A stretch of 64,000 nucleotides of DNA from Auanema rhodensis (GCA_964057225.1 OZ059897.1:14322001-14386000), one strand, 5' to 3'; counted from the first letter of the stretch, positions 25,034 to 47,050 are shown. The notes: a model not told the origin generated them from the letters alone. Made by a program: numbers and translations.

Positions 25034-26032
25034 AAAGGAAGAATGTCTAGGATTAGTTAGAGGAGAATTATGTACTGAATGAACCATTTGATTGTATCAT
25101 TATATTGAATCTAAAAGTTAAGTTATTTCAAATACTTTTGAAAATAACTAGAAGTAGAGAGATAAAATGAGTTGTCTGAAGATTTGAACTATGAAAAGAA
25201 CAAGAAGGTACAGTTAAAAAAAAAACAAAACAAGAAAACTATAGAGTTGACGGAGGACAAACTGAATGGTCTAGTTCATCATGGAAATAGTTCAAACTAC
25301 AATGTCGGCGAATACAAAAAACTCAGAAAGGACACGGATGAGTGTCCTTGTAAATATCAGAGGACGAAGACCTGATATGGCCGGTTGAATGGCAACGAAT
25401 GATCATTTTATTTGAAGATTCCATCACACCTTTCATCTCAACAGTTCTGGCACTAAATTTTTGAAAAAAACCTGTTTACAGGGTGATAAGTTGCTCTTAT
25501 AGTTTGTTACAATATTGCTTATATCAACCATATTCAAAAGAGTGTCTGTATGAATGGAATGGTAGTCTCAATTAGGTCGATTGGCATCCGCAACTGAACG
25601 AAAATCTAGTTACGACCCTCAGGCAACAGTTGATGTGTATTTGGAAAAATCGGAAAAGAAGAAATGATAGAGAGATTCTGATTGATGCAGTCTGAAGAGG
25701 AAGATGTGATGAGAGAGTTCAGCAGAATTCTTAAAGCGCTAAGTCTGAAACTGGACATGTCTTCTGAAAGGCTGTAGACAGTCAGGATCAAATAGCATGA
25801 TGCAGTGCAAAGAGGGAAGAGAGTTATAAGGAAAAAGGATAATTTGCTTAGGATGACGACTAATTCAATGTTCTTAGTGGAGGAGGAATAAGACGGTAAG
25901 CAATAGAAGACCGTATTAAGAATTCGAAGATTGATTTTGACCTGTAGACGTAGAGAAAGATGAGAAACTACGCGGGTCACACGCATAATGAGAGAGAAAG
26001 AATAAATGAGAGAGAAATAATGATTATAAGAT

Positions 26033-26063
<31 letters not shown>

Positions 26064-29000
26064 ATGAGAAATACGTCAGCGTAATGGATAGATGCTGCTG
26101 GAGGCAATGGAAAGGAAGAGTTTCGGTGACAGAAAGAAATCAGGATAGTCCACGACTGTCAACTTTTACAGCAACAATCTGAAGATTCAATACGACAAGT
26201 ATTTTATAGAGAAAGTTATCTGAGATGGTATAATAAAATATTCACTGAATATAGCTAGTTGATTCTCAAATGTGGGTAATGCTTATAAATAGCAATAATA
26301 TAGCATGTAAGCGATGAATAAAGCCTCCCCCCCCAAACCTTTTGAAATAAAATGAAGAAAAAAGAGAGAATAAAAAGATGAAAAAGGAATGAATAGTGGT
26401 CAAAAAAAAAGAAACACGAAAAGAGCTTGTTTTGACGTTAACTTTCGAAGAAAGTTGAAGGTGGGAAGTGAAATCAGTGCATTGATCAAACATAAAGACA
26501 GAATTTGATGGTTATTGGAGGTTAAAAGAATAATTCAAATTTTCAAGAAACATCACACAATATAAGAACTTATTGACATAAAAGGAAAAAGAAGGAAAAA
26601 AGAAAGAATTTTACTATTGATGAAAAAAAAAGTTAAGAAATTTAAGTAACAACTGTTACTCACCAATTGGTTCATCATAAAAATATTATATATTTTTTGA
26701 GGGTTAATATATTTTTATGAATAAATTGGTAAGATACTGAGAGGATCAGAAAATAATTCGAGTTGGTTAAGGAGAGAAGAAGAAAGAAAGAGAAAGAGAG
26801 AGAGAGAGAGATAGAGAGAGAGATAGGAAGAGAGATAGAGATAGAGAGAGAGAGATAAGAAGATATCAAGGTTACAGTTACTTAGTTCAAGTTTTAAGGA
26901 AGTTAATCATAACAACGTATTAATAGTAAGTTTTATTTTAATGACCAATAAGATAATGACATTTTACACTTTAAACCTTTTATTATTTATAAATTTTCCA
27001 GTTTTTTGTTAATTTTTAAAGTAAGAAGGTAATGTTTCATCAGTACCATCATGATCATGGTAATACTTACTTCATTCAATTCATATCTTCAGTTGTCATA
27101 GTCATAGATTTCAAACTTATTGCGGAAATATTAAAGATTTACTTAACGATTATATTATTTTGACGTATAAAAACAATTTTTATGTGTTTAAAAAAGATTA
27201 TATGAATATATATAGTAATAAAACAAAACTTATTATAAATTATACAGATAATATGCATATACTATATATAATTTTGAAGAAAGCAATATTATGATATTTC
27301 TAGTTATAGATTATTCTATGGAATAATAAGACAATATTTTAATAATTTAAATACAAATGTTGTTTCAATATTCATTTCATTTCATTTCTTTTTTTTTAAT
27401 AACTTCGTTTTTCTTATATCTATTTGATTATCATATTTTATCTTTTATGATGTTGATTTGATGAATATTCTGATTATTGAGTTAATCTTGATGTAATCAT
27501 TCTTCATATATGACTCACAATATAATAATGAAAAGGACATCAACATATAGTTTATTCAAATACATACATGACATACATACATACATGTATGTATACTATA
27601 AAATACATTTTATTCACATTTTTTAAATAAAAATTAAAAATTTTCAGACAACTTTCAAATTTATATTAAATGCTGAATGATGAAATGGAATAAAACTTTT
27701 AAGAACAATTTAAAAAAAAAATATATATATAGAAAAATATTAGAAATTCAATTAATATTATCATTATATTATAAGATAACTAGATAATTTATAAATTTAA
27801 TTATGTTTAATAAATTATTTCTCATCAAACTTTTGATAATCATTCTTTAACTGTACACTTTTCAAACAAGTTACACAAGTTTGTTTATACTAATTTTAAA
27901 TTTAAAATAATTTCAGAATTCGAATTAACAATTTGAACGTCATACTATATCTATTATGTTTGTATCAATACGTTAATTATAATAGTAAATTATATCCAGA
28001 ATAATCATCTTTGTCATTATTATAACTACTTTTTAATTATTAAATTCAATAAATTGTATGAAATAAAGGTTTTAAAGTTCAGAAAAGAGATATGTATTCT
28101 GAGCTTTTATAATATTGAATTAGTTTTCTTATTATTCTTCGTCTTAACAATTCCTTTCTTTGAAAAAAAGATATATATCTATGTATGTATGTAAGCTGAC
28201 GCGTTGACAGAAAATTTAAAATTTAACAATTAATTTTTTTCTTGCAATTATTTTTTTATAATTTTCTTAAGAAATATAGTGAATACATAGATGTAAATAG
28301 ATATATTTTTGTATTTTGAAATATTTTATTGTTTTCCATCAACTAAAAATATATTTAAATAAAGCTAAATTATACCAAATTTGATAAATAGTTCAATCTT
28401 TAAATGATAGGAATAAGTAAAAAAGTATTCAATGTATAAAGTCAGAAATAAAAACAATTTTTAATATTAGTATATATATAATATATATATTTGCAGCTGA
28501 AAGTTGCTGTGACAAAGATTATCGTTCTCTTTATCTTCCTCTTCTTCCCTTCTCTCTCTCTCTCTCTCTCTTCTTGTAATGTGTCTATCATTAGTTCTTT
28601 TTTCGTTTTTTTTTCGATTTATAAAGTTTTCTTCAATTCATTTAATATTAAATGAACATGCTATGTAAATAGCTAAAATAACCATCGATTCGTCTTCTTT
28701 TTTTTGTTTTAGTTCTTAACACTTCTTTTAAAAACTTAAGACTTATTTAAAACTATCATATTAAAATTCCCAATTTATTTGATAATTCAAAAAAAAAACA
28801 ACGAAATTCATTTTCTCAATTAATATATTATATTTATATTTTAGTTCACACACGCATATATTTGTTTGCAAATTTACAAAAAAAAATACAAATGTAGTAG
28901 TCTGTAGTATATGTCTCGTAAATTCTCATTTTCATCTATTCTTTAAAAGTATTTTAATATTTTTTATTTTTAATATCTTTCTTTATTATTATATTATATG

Positions 29001-29719
29001 TTAAGTTAATGAAATTAAAAGAACATATATTCAAGCACATTCGTGCACATTATCATAACATTTCATTGATTCTTAAAACTTTTGCAACATTTTATTCGTA
29101 CAATTGCTGATTTCCCTAGATAGTGATTACAGTTCATTCAGATAGATTGATACGTTCAAGTATTATATTATTAATTTTATATATTGTTTTTTCATACATA
29201 GTTAGATAGATAGTTAGAGATAGATAGATAGATGTAAATTTTCAATTAAAACTCAGTATGCATATGTCTAGATCTATATAAGTATTGGTTCCTTTAAAAA
29301 CAGAAACAAATCTTTATATTGTTTTTATCAATGAAGTCTAACTCAATTCAACTCTTTTCATCGCATCGTCTAACGATTCAAAAAAAAAACCAGCTACTAT
29401 TTCCATCTGCGATTTTAATACGTATGACGGCTTTTCATTAGGTTTTTTCTATTATTGTTTATAAATAATGCTAGTGAAACATATATATATATATATTACT
29501 GATATATATATATATATATATGATATAATATTTTCCTAACAATGTTCAAAGTCTATTATGAATATATCATTTTTATTCAAATTCTTAAATATTTTCGTTA
29601 GCATCTGTACATATGTATTTATCAAATTTCATCTTCCAATTTAGTTTTTGTATTATTACTATTGAATTTCTTATATTTTGTAGTAAAAATTAACTATTAT
29701 TTCTTATTATACCTTCAGA

Positions 29720-31746
29720 ATGTTATCGGATGTACAGCATTATATCGTTTTGATATCTCGAAATATCTCAATTGAAAATCATAACGAATCCTTTCTCTTA
29801 TCTTTATCTATATTTCAAGCATTTCTCATCATTGCAGAGTAAGTTCTTATAAACTTTAAACTTTTTTCTTAATTTCTAATTTTCAGTTCCTTTGCTATAG
29901 TATTTATAATTTATTGTTTAATAACTTTACAAGTATATCATTATAATTTACAAACAATTTTTATGTCATTGGCTTTTGAATATGTAGTAGAATTAGTTAT
30001 ATTAACCACACAAAATGCACATATTTGGATTCACGCATTATCCCCATATGGTTAGTATATTTGAAAATATAATATGTCATCATTCCTTCTTTTTCTAGCA
30101 TTCACTACAACTTCATTTCTACAAGGAATTTGTTATTCTTACGGTATGCTAAATCTAGTTTAAAAAAAAAAAAAAAGAAGATCAAACTTACATTTAATGA
30201 TTTACTTCTTGATTTTACAGTTTCATTCGTTCTTCCTGCTGTAATGCTTGAACGAGGATGTGCTACATATTTTCTACGTGATTATGAAAGGAAAAAAAGA
30301 CCGTGGATATCGTTTATAATTGTTATTTGTTCTGTAATTATATCAATTATCTTTTCTTTTTGGTTACATTACGGTAATATTTTATTGTTTCTCCCATTCA
30401 TATTTTATTTTTCAAATCAATTCAACTTAATTTTTTTCCAGCTGAAACAACATATGTTCCTATTGCTATTCTATTGGTGGTAAACGTCCTATCTTCACTT
30501 TCTAACTTTTATTTAAAATATTATAATAACAAAAAACTTCGTGAAAGCACTAATCTTTCGCATAGTAAGCGCGAATATAGCTTAGCAGAACGATTTCAAA
30601 TAGCGGAAAACATCAAGACATGTGAGGTGAGGACATGATAGGAATAGGACATCAGATTAACAAATACTTGTCCAATTTTCTAATTGCTCTTCATTATTTC
30701 TATGAATGAATTGAAAAAAACAAAGTTATTTTTAAACTTTAGATGGTCGAAATCATGGTATACTTAGTCACTGCTTTTAATTTCTTAATTGCCGCTTTAC
30801 TTATATTAGATAACATTGATTTATCTCCAAATATTCATAATATTACAAGAACAGTATTCAATGTTTGTGTACTTATGTAAGTTTATTTTCTATTTTCTAT
30901 TTTTACTTTTTATTGTTTTTCAAGATATGGCTCTATAATTATTATGGTGATATTCTTATATACAGAACCATGGAGGCTGGAAGCTTCAAAGGTTCGAGAT
31001 AAGGTTAATAATAATAATAAATACCATAAAAATATACAAATTTATTTATTTGAATATTTTTTGAATATAATAATAGATATTATAATTAAAACTGTGAATT
31101 ACCAAACAATGTTAAGTTATATTCTGTTAAACCTTCTCCCCCAACAGCTTATAGCTGAGGTATGATCAGCAGTAGTATATTCACTTGAGATTTGAAATAA
31201 GACTTCGTATTACGTCATAAAATTGATATAATATGAGATCAATAAAGAAGGATATTTTAACAAAAGATAATTTCAAATATTATAATTGTATATTTAATAT
31301 AATTTTTTGATGGCTACAAGTGAATAGTTAGAATTAAAAAATATTATTATAACTATGAGGTTTGAAACATTAAATATGTATAAAACTAAATATTATATAT
31401 AATTTTGATAACCAACCAAAACAAATTAATAAGCATTTTTGATTGTAATCATAATTTTAAAAATTATTTTTATTTCAGTTATTACCTATATTTCTTCAAA
31501 GGCAAAAACAGCATTCTATTCAACCAGATTTTGAAAAGGACACCAATCAGTACTTTTCTCAGTTAACTTCATCATGGGAAATTCAATGCAAGGTGAGAAG
31601 CCCCGAAAATATCTTAAAATTCAAAATGAAAATAGCTAAAAACTGAAGAAAAAAATACATAGATAGATATAGGTATATACATATATACATAAATATGTAC
31701 ATATATAGCACATAATTAAAATAAGCTTTATATTTTTTAGGCTTGA
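29720..31746 (+). CDS. Serpentine chemoreceptor, Sre class (Sra superfamily)
   Basis: ATG follows a TTCAG acceptor. Motifs YHYNLQ, LERGCATYFLRDYERKKRPWIS, YSLAERFQIAENIK and C-terminal YFSQLTSSW are diagnostic of Sre receptors. The last micro-exon GCTTGA at 31741 is inferred. Confidence 0.88.
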
Positions 31747-34700
31747 AATATCTGTATACCCATGTTTATATATCAGAAAATATAGTGAAGAAAATTTGAT
31801 TAAAAATGTAATTTAAGTCATAATTGTGTTTCCTTACTTGCCGATTTTGCTTTAATCATGAGTTATTATATTAAATAATAATAAATAGATGTATACATAT
31901 AGTATATATTACTATATAAAATAAATATATTATGTTCAATTATGTATTGGATTATAATAATAAATATTATTAATATGATATTATTATTTCAAGTTTATAA
32001 TTTATATTAAAAATTGTTTAATTGTTCATTCAATGTATTATAGGTTAGATAAAAGATTAAATTATTAAAGAAGAAAAAGATGATGATGATGATAAAGAAA
32101 GGATGAATAAATAATTGAATTGAAAACTAATATTCCAATACAACAAAAAGGATAATCGCTTGATCTTATCTTCTCATTCAATTTGTTCGTCAAGTCTCTT
32201 TAAGTCTCACTTCTTTCAGCTTTTCATAATTCTTTGATATTTACTGTTATAATATTTTTTTTAAGATCCTAATAATATGTTATCTATATATTTATGAAAT
32301 ATAAATAATTGATTTGATAAAGTTTTATAAAAAGTTTGATGATTCTATTTATATAAATAATAATATAATAATTTATTAAGTTTTATAACTAAATAATAAT
32401 AATAATATAAATAGTATAAATAATTAAAATAAAAAACATGAGATGATAGCATGACATGAATTATACGAATGGTGAGAGAAAATAACAAATTGATGATTTT
32501 TTCCCAAATTTAGTTAGTATTTATCTACGAAAAAATGAATACTAGACTTTCAAATACTCTCGATCAGATCTCTATCTGAGATTGAATTATCCCTTCGTTT
32601 TTGGGATTTTTATTTGCTTATATCATCAACTATTTCATGACTTGAACTCACACCCCACTCCCTCCCTTCTTTTTTTCTTTTTTCCGATCATGAGTTTTTC
32701 ATCAGAAAAATAGCTTTTTTTCCTTTTTTTTTGTTCATTTCGAATTTTTCCGTGGCTTTCGCTATGCTGAACAAAAAAATTGAGACAAGAACACCTGCAA
32801 AATAACGATTTGAAAACCTAACTGAATAATAATATTAATAAATCTGCCCCAGTTCCAACGAAAGTGTTTTGTTGTTGCAATAATTATTTCTTTTCCAAGT
32901 TTTAGATTACTTACTGCTCATTAATTACTCTTCATCATGTCGTGAAAATTGAAAATATTCTGAAATCTGTGATTTATATTTTTCAATTCGTAAATGACAA
33001 CATTTAGTTAAAATAAAAATAATAAATCATGTTATTTTGGACTTTGATTAGTTTTTTTTTACAAAAAAATATGCGAACGTCTTCGACAGTATTTTGGTTA
33101 AAACTAAATGTTTATCAGCAACTAATTATCTTATAAACTTATTTTTATGTTTAAAAAAATTTAAATGTTTTCTATTTCACTTTATTATGGTTGAAAATAA
33201 AATTTTAAATGATTAAGACTATAATGCCCACGAGAATTTATTAGCATTGTTAAAAATTGTATCAAATGATTTAAAGACTAATGATTACTTTTATATAAAT
33301 TTAAAGGATTAATAATTAGTTTATTAAATTATTTAATATTTCATGATCATTTACAATGAGCCTATTACTCTTTTAACTCAAGATTCTCAGTTTGTTTACT
33401 TAAAAAGGAAATACCGGAAGCGAGAAGGCCATTTGTTGTTAATCTTTATGCGCAATTCTCATTATGAACTAATGAGACGAACAACAAGAAATTTGAATGC
33501 ACATCCGACTCATTTTATATTTTTTCTGAAAAAAAAACACACAGAATAAGAGGAAGAAGTGAAAAAGTAACAAGCACAGAATAAAAGAAAGACATAACTT
33601 ACAAAGCAATAACATGTAGTGAAGTTGTCAAGTCTTTTTTACATTTTTCTCACAATCTTTCATTATTTGCAAGCTATCTTTTTTACCCTCTCCTTCTCTC
33701 TATCATCCTTCTTCTAAGGATTCTTTTTCCTTTTGCCTTTATTTCCCTGTTTTCTCACCCTTTTTGCCTTTTTATCGTATATATAGGAGATCCCAGCTTC
33801 CTTTCAATTCACATCTCGTCTTTCATTTCTTTTTTTCGGACTTCCAAACTAAATCCCTCACCCCATATCTACCGCTACTCCTATGTCTCATTTTTCTTTT
33901 GCCTAGATCTAATATTGCTCAAGTTTTGTAATCATTCTACTATTAATTTTACGTACTTGCATGTGTGTCTAAATAAAGCTATTCAAGATTATTTTAATTA
34001 GCTTAACTATATACATATAGTATGTGTTTTTATTCGCATATTTAGTAGTTTATCTCATGCGAGCAATCTGTGAGCATTTCGATGTGCTGAATGTGGCAGC
34101 TACTAAAATAACCGACTGAGAACTCTGAGATGTAAGCATAGAGAGAAAAGAAAAAGAGCAACGCTAGAGAGAGAGAGCAAGACAAATTGGTTGAAAGAGG
34201 CAAGTAGACTAGAGTAGAGATGCTAGAAAACAGAGAAGAAGTAGAAGCCTTCAAAAGATTTTGCAAAGCAGAGAGCTTCAGTTGTTCTATCTGGTCGGCC
34301 GCTATGGCAATAGAAGCCTCCTTCTTTTAGCTCCCCCTTCTGTGTCTCTTCCCTAGCATTCTGTTCGTCCAGCTTTCCAACTCTCTTCCCCCACGTTATC
34401 TCATCGATTTTCTCATCTCTCGACCCATTTGAAGCTTTCCAGGCTACTCACATCTCAGCTTGAATATATAGACAGATAGATATACACATGCATGAAAGTA
34501 GAGTCTCTTAGTACTCTAACTCCCTCTTTCAAGTCTCTGTGTTTTCTCACTTTCTCATCCTCTCTCGTTCTTTCTCTCTGTTTTAATCTTATCTGCCACT
34601 CTAGTCTCTCTCATTTAACCCTTCCCATTTATATTTCTCTTACTCTATTTCGTTATCTCAGCTGCAATGTTTGAATCTCCTCCTCGATCAAACTCTCTAC

Positions 34701-35543
34701 TCTTCTTTCTTCCCATTTTCTTCTGTCTACCCTCCCTTCCTTTCAATTCACGTCGTCAGCGTGGTTGTAGATGTAGTTGTCGTTGAGGATTCGGCCGATT
34801 GCAAATCCATCTGAAAAGCTTTCAGTCACGTTGTCCAGCATCTATTCTCTTACTCGTTTCCGTTCATTTAGACTAATATTCGACTAGCCTTTTTTCGTGA
34901 TATTCCAGGTAGTTGCTGCTTATTAATCGCAAATAGCCTGCCAAGCTGCCCTGAGTATTTCTAGGTTGTCAAGGCTTTCAAATTATTCTTCGTGATTTCT
35001 AAGAGCCTTTTAGTTCCAACTCCTGCCATTTTCTTTGAATTTTTACGACAGAGCCGTTTTTCTATTCACAGCTCGGAAGCACTTTTTTCACAGCTTCTGT
35101 GACTTAAGTATGGGTTTTCGGGTTTTGGTCTTAAAAGTTCAAATTCGAATACAGTTCAGAATCCTTTATTATTCTTTAATATACTTGTCTTTCTTCAATA
35201 ATTTATACGTATAATAATTTTTTTTCAATTTTTATACGTGTAGTATGCTTATTCTTTAAGTAATGAATATTCAATAATTGAAAAAGATGAGAGACAATGG
35301 GAAATATGAGGCAATGGCTGAGTGACTGAGCACAACGTCGCAACAATGCATATACAGCCCATCGCACAACCTTGTTCTAAATTCTTTCTATCATTCGTTT
35401 TCAGCCTTTCTCTTCTATTTTACCATGTTCATAGCTTTTTTTGCCTTTTTAAGCATCCGTCCACATACACATGCACACATGCACACACATACACTGTTTT
35501 CACCCGTTTCTCTATTCGGAAAGCCCACAGAATCTGACACCTC

Positions 35544-35553
35544 TCCCATGGGG
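35544..35553. promoter_or_regulatory. COE (UNC-3/EBF)-like motif upstream of snt-1
   Basis: TCCCATGGGG within CCTCTCCCATGGGGAGG; near consensus TCCCNNGGGA. Confidence 0.4.
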
Positions 35554-38500
35554 AGGCCATAAGGCAGCTCGACGGTTGTTAGCGCCATATTTCGTTTTCT
35601 GCTTCTGTTCCGACTTATGTGTGCCAAAAATTTTTAGAAAGTTTAGCTTTATCTTCTCGTATTTGTATAACCACTCTATCTGTTCTGCATTTTATTCTCA
35701 AATTTCCTTCAAAAACTATGCAACATTTCTACAATTAAACACAATTTTTCATATAAGATTGAATTCGTTTTTCTATTCTTATAAGCTTACTCTCATTGAG
35801 CTCTGTCATAATCAACAGCTAGAATAGGATTAAGAGGTTTCGTTCTTCCTATATGACGTCATCCTATCATTAGAACCTGTCCTTCTCTAGTGCTCGATCT
35901 CAATTATCTATTCAGGATGATATATCTGCTTCATCTTCGCATCTAAACTGGCACCTTCACTAATAGTATGGAATATTCTCAATTCAAAATTCACACATGA
36001 ATATAAGCTCACACGTGATAGTTCATTTTAACTTTGTTGAGCATGAAGCAGGGTTGTTACCTAATCTTATTCGCTTATTTTCTCTTCAGCTCTCAACTTT
36101 GCTCTTCATCTTTCCTTTTCGGTTTATTCATTTCCTTTTCCATTTTCAGTCAGTTCATTTTACTAAGGCCCACTATCTTTCTTTTTTTTTGAAAAACAAT
36201 TTCAAATTTTTTCAAAAAAATTACAATAATTCTAACATTAATTAGACTCACAGTGCTTTTTGACTTGAAAATGAAGATATTATGAATATGCAACATTCGT
36301 TTTCCTGCAATAAACATTAAAAAATTCAGGTTTCACATTCTTATTTTTCTATGTTATTTTACAGTATTAACTATAATATTACAACCTCTATCTAAATGGC
36401 ATCAAATTAATTCATAAAATTCTTGTTCATTCGTTTCAATGATCAAAATCTTCTAGTAAACTATTACTATCTCGAGAACTTTTCTGTTTTTTTCCTTGTT
36501 TGTGATCCTTTTTTATATTTTATATATTGTACTTAATACTTATAATCTATTATATTAGCATTTCTTTATAAACTTCTGAAATCATCATTTACATACTCAT
36601 TCTTAAACTTTTTTTTTCCAAATTTTTACATAATAGTTTTTTTCTTCTTACTTCATAATTCTTCTTTTGTCCATAATTCATATTTGAAACAAAAATGACT
36701 TCTTGTCATTTTTGTTAAGTTAGCTTTTTGTACCTTAAAGGCTAATTTCATTTGATTATTATCTAAGTTTCCAGAAAAAGAGACCAAAACGAATTTAGAG
36801 AAAACTTAAAAAATGGAGAATCGTTTCAAACATGAACAATAGTAATTACTTATTAAGATGGCGTACATCTAATCTCATTAGGTTGCTTCCAGCAAATAGT
36901 TCTTAATTTTCAGTAGTGAATAAGCTTGTGAGAGCATTATCTAATAATGACATCACGTGGTTTTTATTTTTATTGCAATTCTCTTTTTTTTTCTTTTTTT
37001 TTTTGAATTTTTTTTTCTGTTTTTCTTTATAATTTTAATAAAAATATTGTAGTATATGTATAGCTTATTATTCTTCTGCTATTTATGAGCATAGTGTTGC
37101 TACAATACCGAACAAGATTTATTCGAAGACATATTTTTCAAAATGTATATATCGCTCTTCTCTCATGATTCGTTACCTCATGAATCAATGTCATCTTCCG
37201 TAATGTCAGGTTTTCTCTTCATATTCAGACTTTTCCATCATTGATTTCAACTATGTGTATAGAGTTTTGAAAACGAGCAGTTATTCCGGTTGGAGAGAAC
37301 GAGATCAAAACAAAAAGTATTTGGAAAGACCATGCTTCACTGCTCCGGAACGCTTCCAATAGCATAGATAGGCATACTTCTTACGATTAGCTCAAGCCGA
37401 CGTGGCTCAACTGTGAAAGACAGCCTAAGATGATAAAGCAGATGAAGAAGGGTACACTGAACGCTATTCATGTGCTGTAGTCATGGCGTTTGTCCAGTTT
37501 GACCGATTTACATGCTGTGCCTATTGATTTTGGACTCAAACCTCATTTTTCGATTTAGTCTGCTAGCTCACTGCTTTCGCAACTGTCTTTACATGCCTAG
37601 TCTTCTACTTCTTCTTCTTCTCTTCTATTGGTTATCCTGACGGCCTCACAATGAGCCAGACGACGAGACTAGTAAGGAACAGAGATGCTGCCTCAGTATG
37701 TACTCTAGACTACTCCTATCTCCTCTATCTCCAAACCCATTCTCTTCCCTCCTGCATCCATCGTTTTCCTTTTCTGCTGCTTCTTCTTCATCTTCCATCA
37801 GCTTTGAAGCTGATGCCTGTCCCGTCGTCGGCTTCGTATTCGCCCTTCCATATATGTGTTTGGAGGCTCGTCTTCTTCTTCAACTGCCTCTTCCTTCTCC
37901 TTCTCCTTCTCCTGGCACTTTCTCTCCTCCCTCTGGCGCTCACCAGCCCTCCAACCCCCTTCCTAGTCTCGCTCCATTTTTCCGATAATCCACGATTTTA
38001 TGTTGTTTCCTCTCTATGCTTCTTGGGCTTCCCTACATTCTTTTTCTAACTCAACTCCACGCTCTCCTGATGGCTGGAAATATTTTTCTAGATTCTACTA
38101 GCAATTTCAACGTCACCTTCTCAATATTTTTCCACTTCCTATGACAGTTTTTTATTTTATTTTTACTATTTATCTATGTTGGAGAGACTTAACTCCCGCT
38201 ACATCCCACAAAATGGCAATCAATCGTAATCTTCTTTTTTCCTGAAGAATCCACTGAATGTTGTTTGACAAAGACGACCAATACTGGACACAAGCTTAAA
38301 TCTTTTATCGTGTCACATCTTCTCCAATATTACTCTTTTTTTTGTATTGTTATGTATTTTCTATTTCACTTTGTACTCCTTATACATATTTTTTAAAATT
38401 GTCCTGCAAAATAAAGATTGATTTACTCTCCCTCTCCCTGTTTCCCTCTCTCTCCAACCGAAATTGGTCAATTTTTTTCTTCGTTGAACACTCATACAAT

Positions 38501-39405
38501 TTTTATTTAGTTTATTCTTCCGAAAAAAAAGTGTTTTGCGGAAAAAATATTTAAAAAAACCGTCAGCATCTTTATATCATTTTAGGGACTACAAAAAGCT
38601 CATCCATCATATTCTTTGTGCTGCCCTTTAAAGCCTTTTCCCTTTCTCGATTTTTTCGTTAAAGTCTTTGATGTTCAAAAAGCTATTTGTTTATGTTTCT
38701 CTACTGCATTTTAAAGAAGTTTAATCACACTTCAATACTTGGACCCTAAATGTTCACAGTATGTGAATATTATGTAATAAATGATCAAACTTCCTCTATT
38801 TCGCACTTCCTTTTTCTCATTTCCTATTCATTGCTTTACCTATTTTACCTGAAAGTTTTTGCTTTTAATCAATAGATTGCTATCGCTTTTTCTTCTATTT
38901 TAAAACAATATTGCTTCTATTCATAATTCTTCACTAAAAAAAAAAGAAAAAAAGCGGACGACGAATACGAATATTTATAATGGTGAGAAAAAAAACGAAA
39001 AAGAAGAAAGAGTCAACGAACAGTTTTGTTTTATGTTTCAACACTATTTTTTCTCATAAGCCTCTTGTTGATTGAAATGGAACACAGTTGCAACTGATCC
39101 AAAATTGCTGCAAATCTTCCGTTTCTGTTTCATCTAGAGATGTATTTTTGAAACCTACCCATTCTATTGTGGTCATAACGTAGTTCTCTTCGTCTCTGAA
39201 TTTGTTCTGGGTATCGTATGTCAAATTAAGTGTCAACTGAAACCAGCAACAATGAACTCAAAGCTTCTTCTTAGATGTGGTTCTGTAAAAAATTGAAACC
39301 TATTAAAAAAATTAGAAAAAGAGAGAGAGCGATAAAGAGACAGAGAGATATTCAAAAATGAAGGGTCGATAGAGAAAGAAAGAGAGAGAGAAAAGCGTTA
39401 TATCA

Positions 39406-39419
39406 GTAACCATGGTGAC
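39406..39419. promoter_or_regulatory. Candidate X-box upstream of snt-1
   Basis: 14-bp imperfect palindrome GTAACCATGGTGAC, 280 bp upstream of the snt-1 ATG. Confidence 0.45.
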
Positions 39420-39698
39420 AAGTTCTCTGAAACACAACTATTTATATATTTTTCTTGTCTTTATTATTTTTTTCAATTCCAGCATGTATTTTTTTCAATC
39501 ATTGATTCACTGATTCAATTATCTTTTATTTTTAGATCTATTTTTCTGTTTATTTCTTTTATACAAATGGTATTTCATGTTTTTTTTTTGTTTTTTTTTG
39601 CGCATTTACCTATTACTCATATGAAAATAGTATACTATTTATTTTTTATTTTTTTTATTGTTTCAGGATCATAGAAGGGTTATATTTAGACCTTCAAA

Positions 39699-46691
<6,993 letters not shown>

Positions 46692-47047
46692 AAAAGTGAA
46701 TTGAAATAACTACGCTGATTGTATACAGAGTCGTATGATCTACTCTCTCTTACTCTGTTTCCTTTTTTCTTTCTCTCTCTACCTTCCTCACATAACAATT
46801 TTTCGTAACTGAAGGAGTAACCGATGACAGAATTTCAGTTATGCCTTCATTTATATGATTAGTTTTCATTTTCTTATGTAACACAACAAAGACTTAATTA
46901 CCATAAGATTCGTCTTTATTTTATTTTCAAACACTACTCGTATTTCTTCGTCTCATGTCTTACGTTTGTATTTTCACCGAATTCTTTATTTACTACAAAT
47001 CTGTTCACTGTCCAAAAAAAGTTTTTTTTGTACAGATCAACGTATAA

Positions 47048-47050
<3 letters not shown>

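Noticed and set aside
24905-26869. LSLSLS-type ORFs (24905-25087, 26675-26869)
   Set aside because: Translations of (GA)n microsatellites.
37651-38049. 132-aa and 96-aa L/S/P/F-rich ORFs
   Set aside because: Product of a pyrimidine-rich non-coding tract; no recognisable domain or exon chain.
22700-39600. Conserved miRNA, SL RNA, snRNA or transposase in the large intergenic regions
   Set aside because: No full match to any mature sequence I recall (only seed-length hits such as TGAAAGAC at ~37414), and no transposase or RT ORF or long terminal repeats visible. A computational scan is needed to exclude them.
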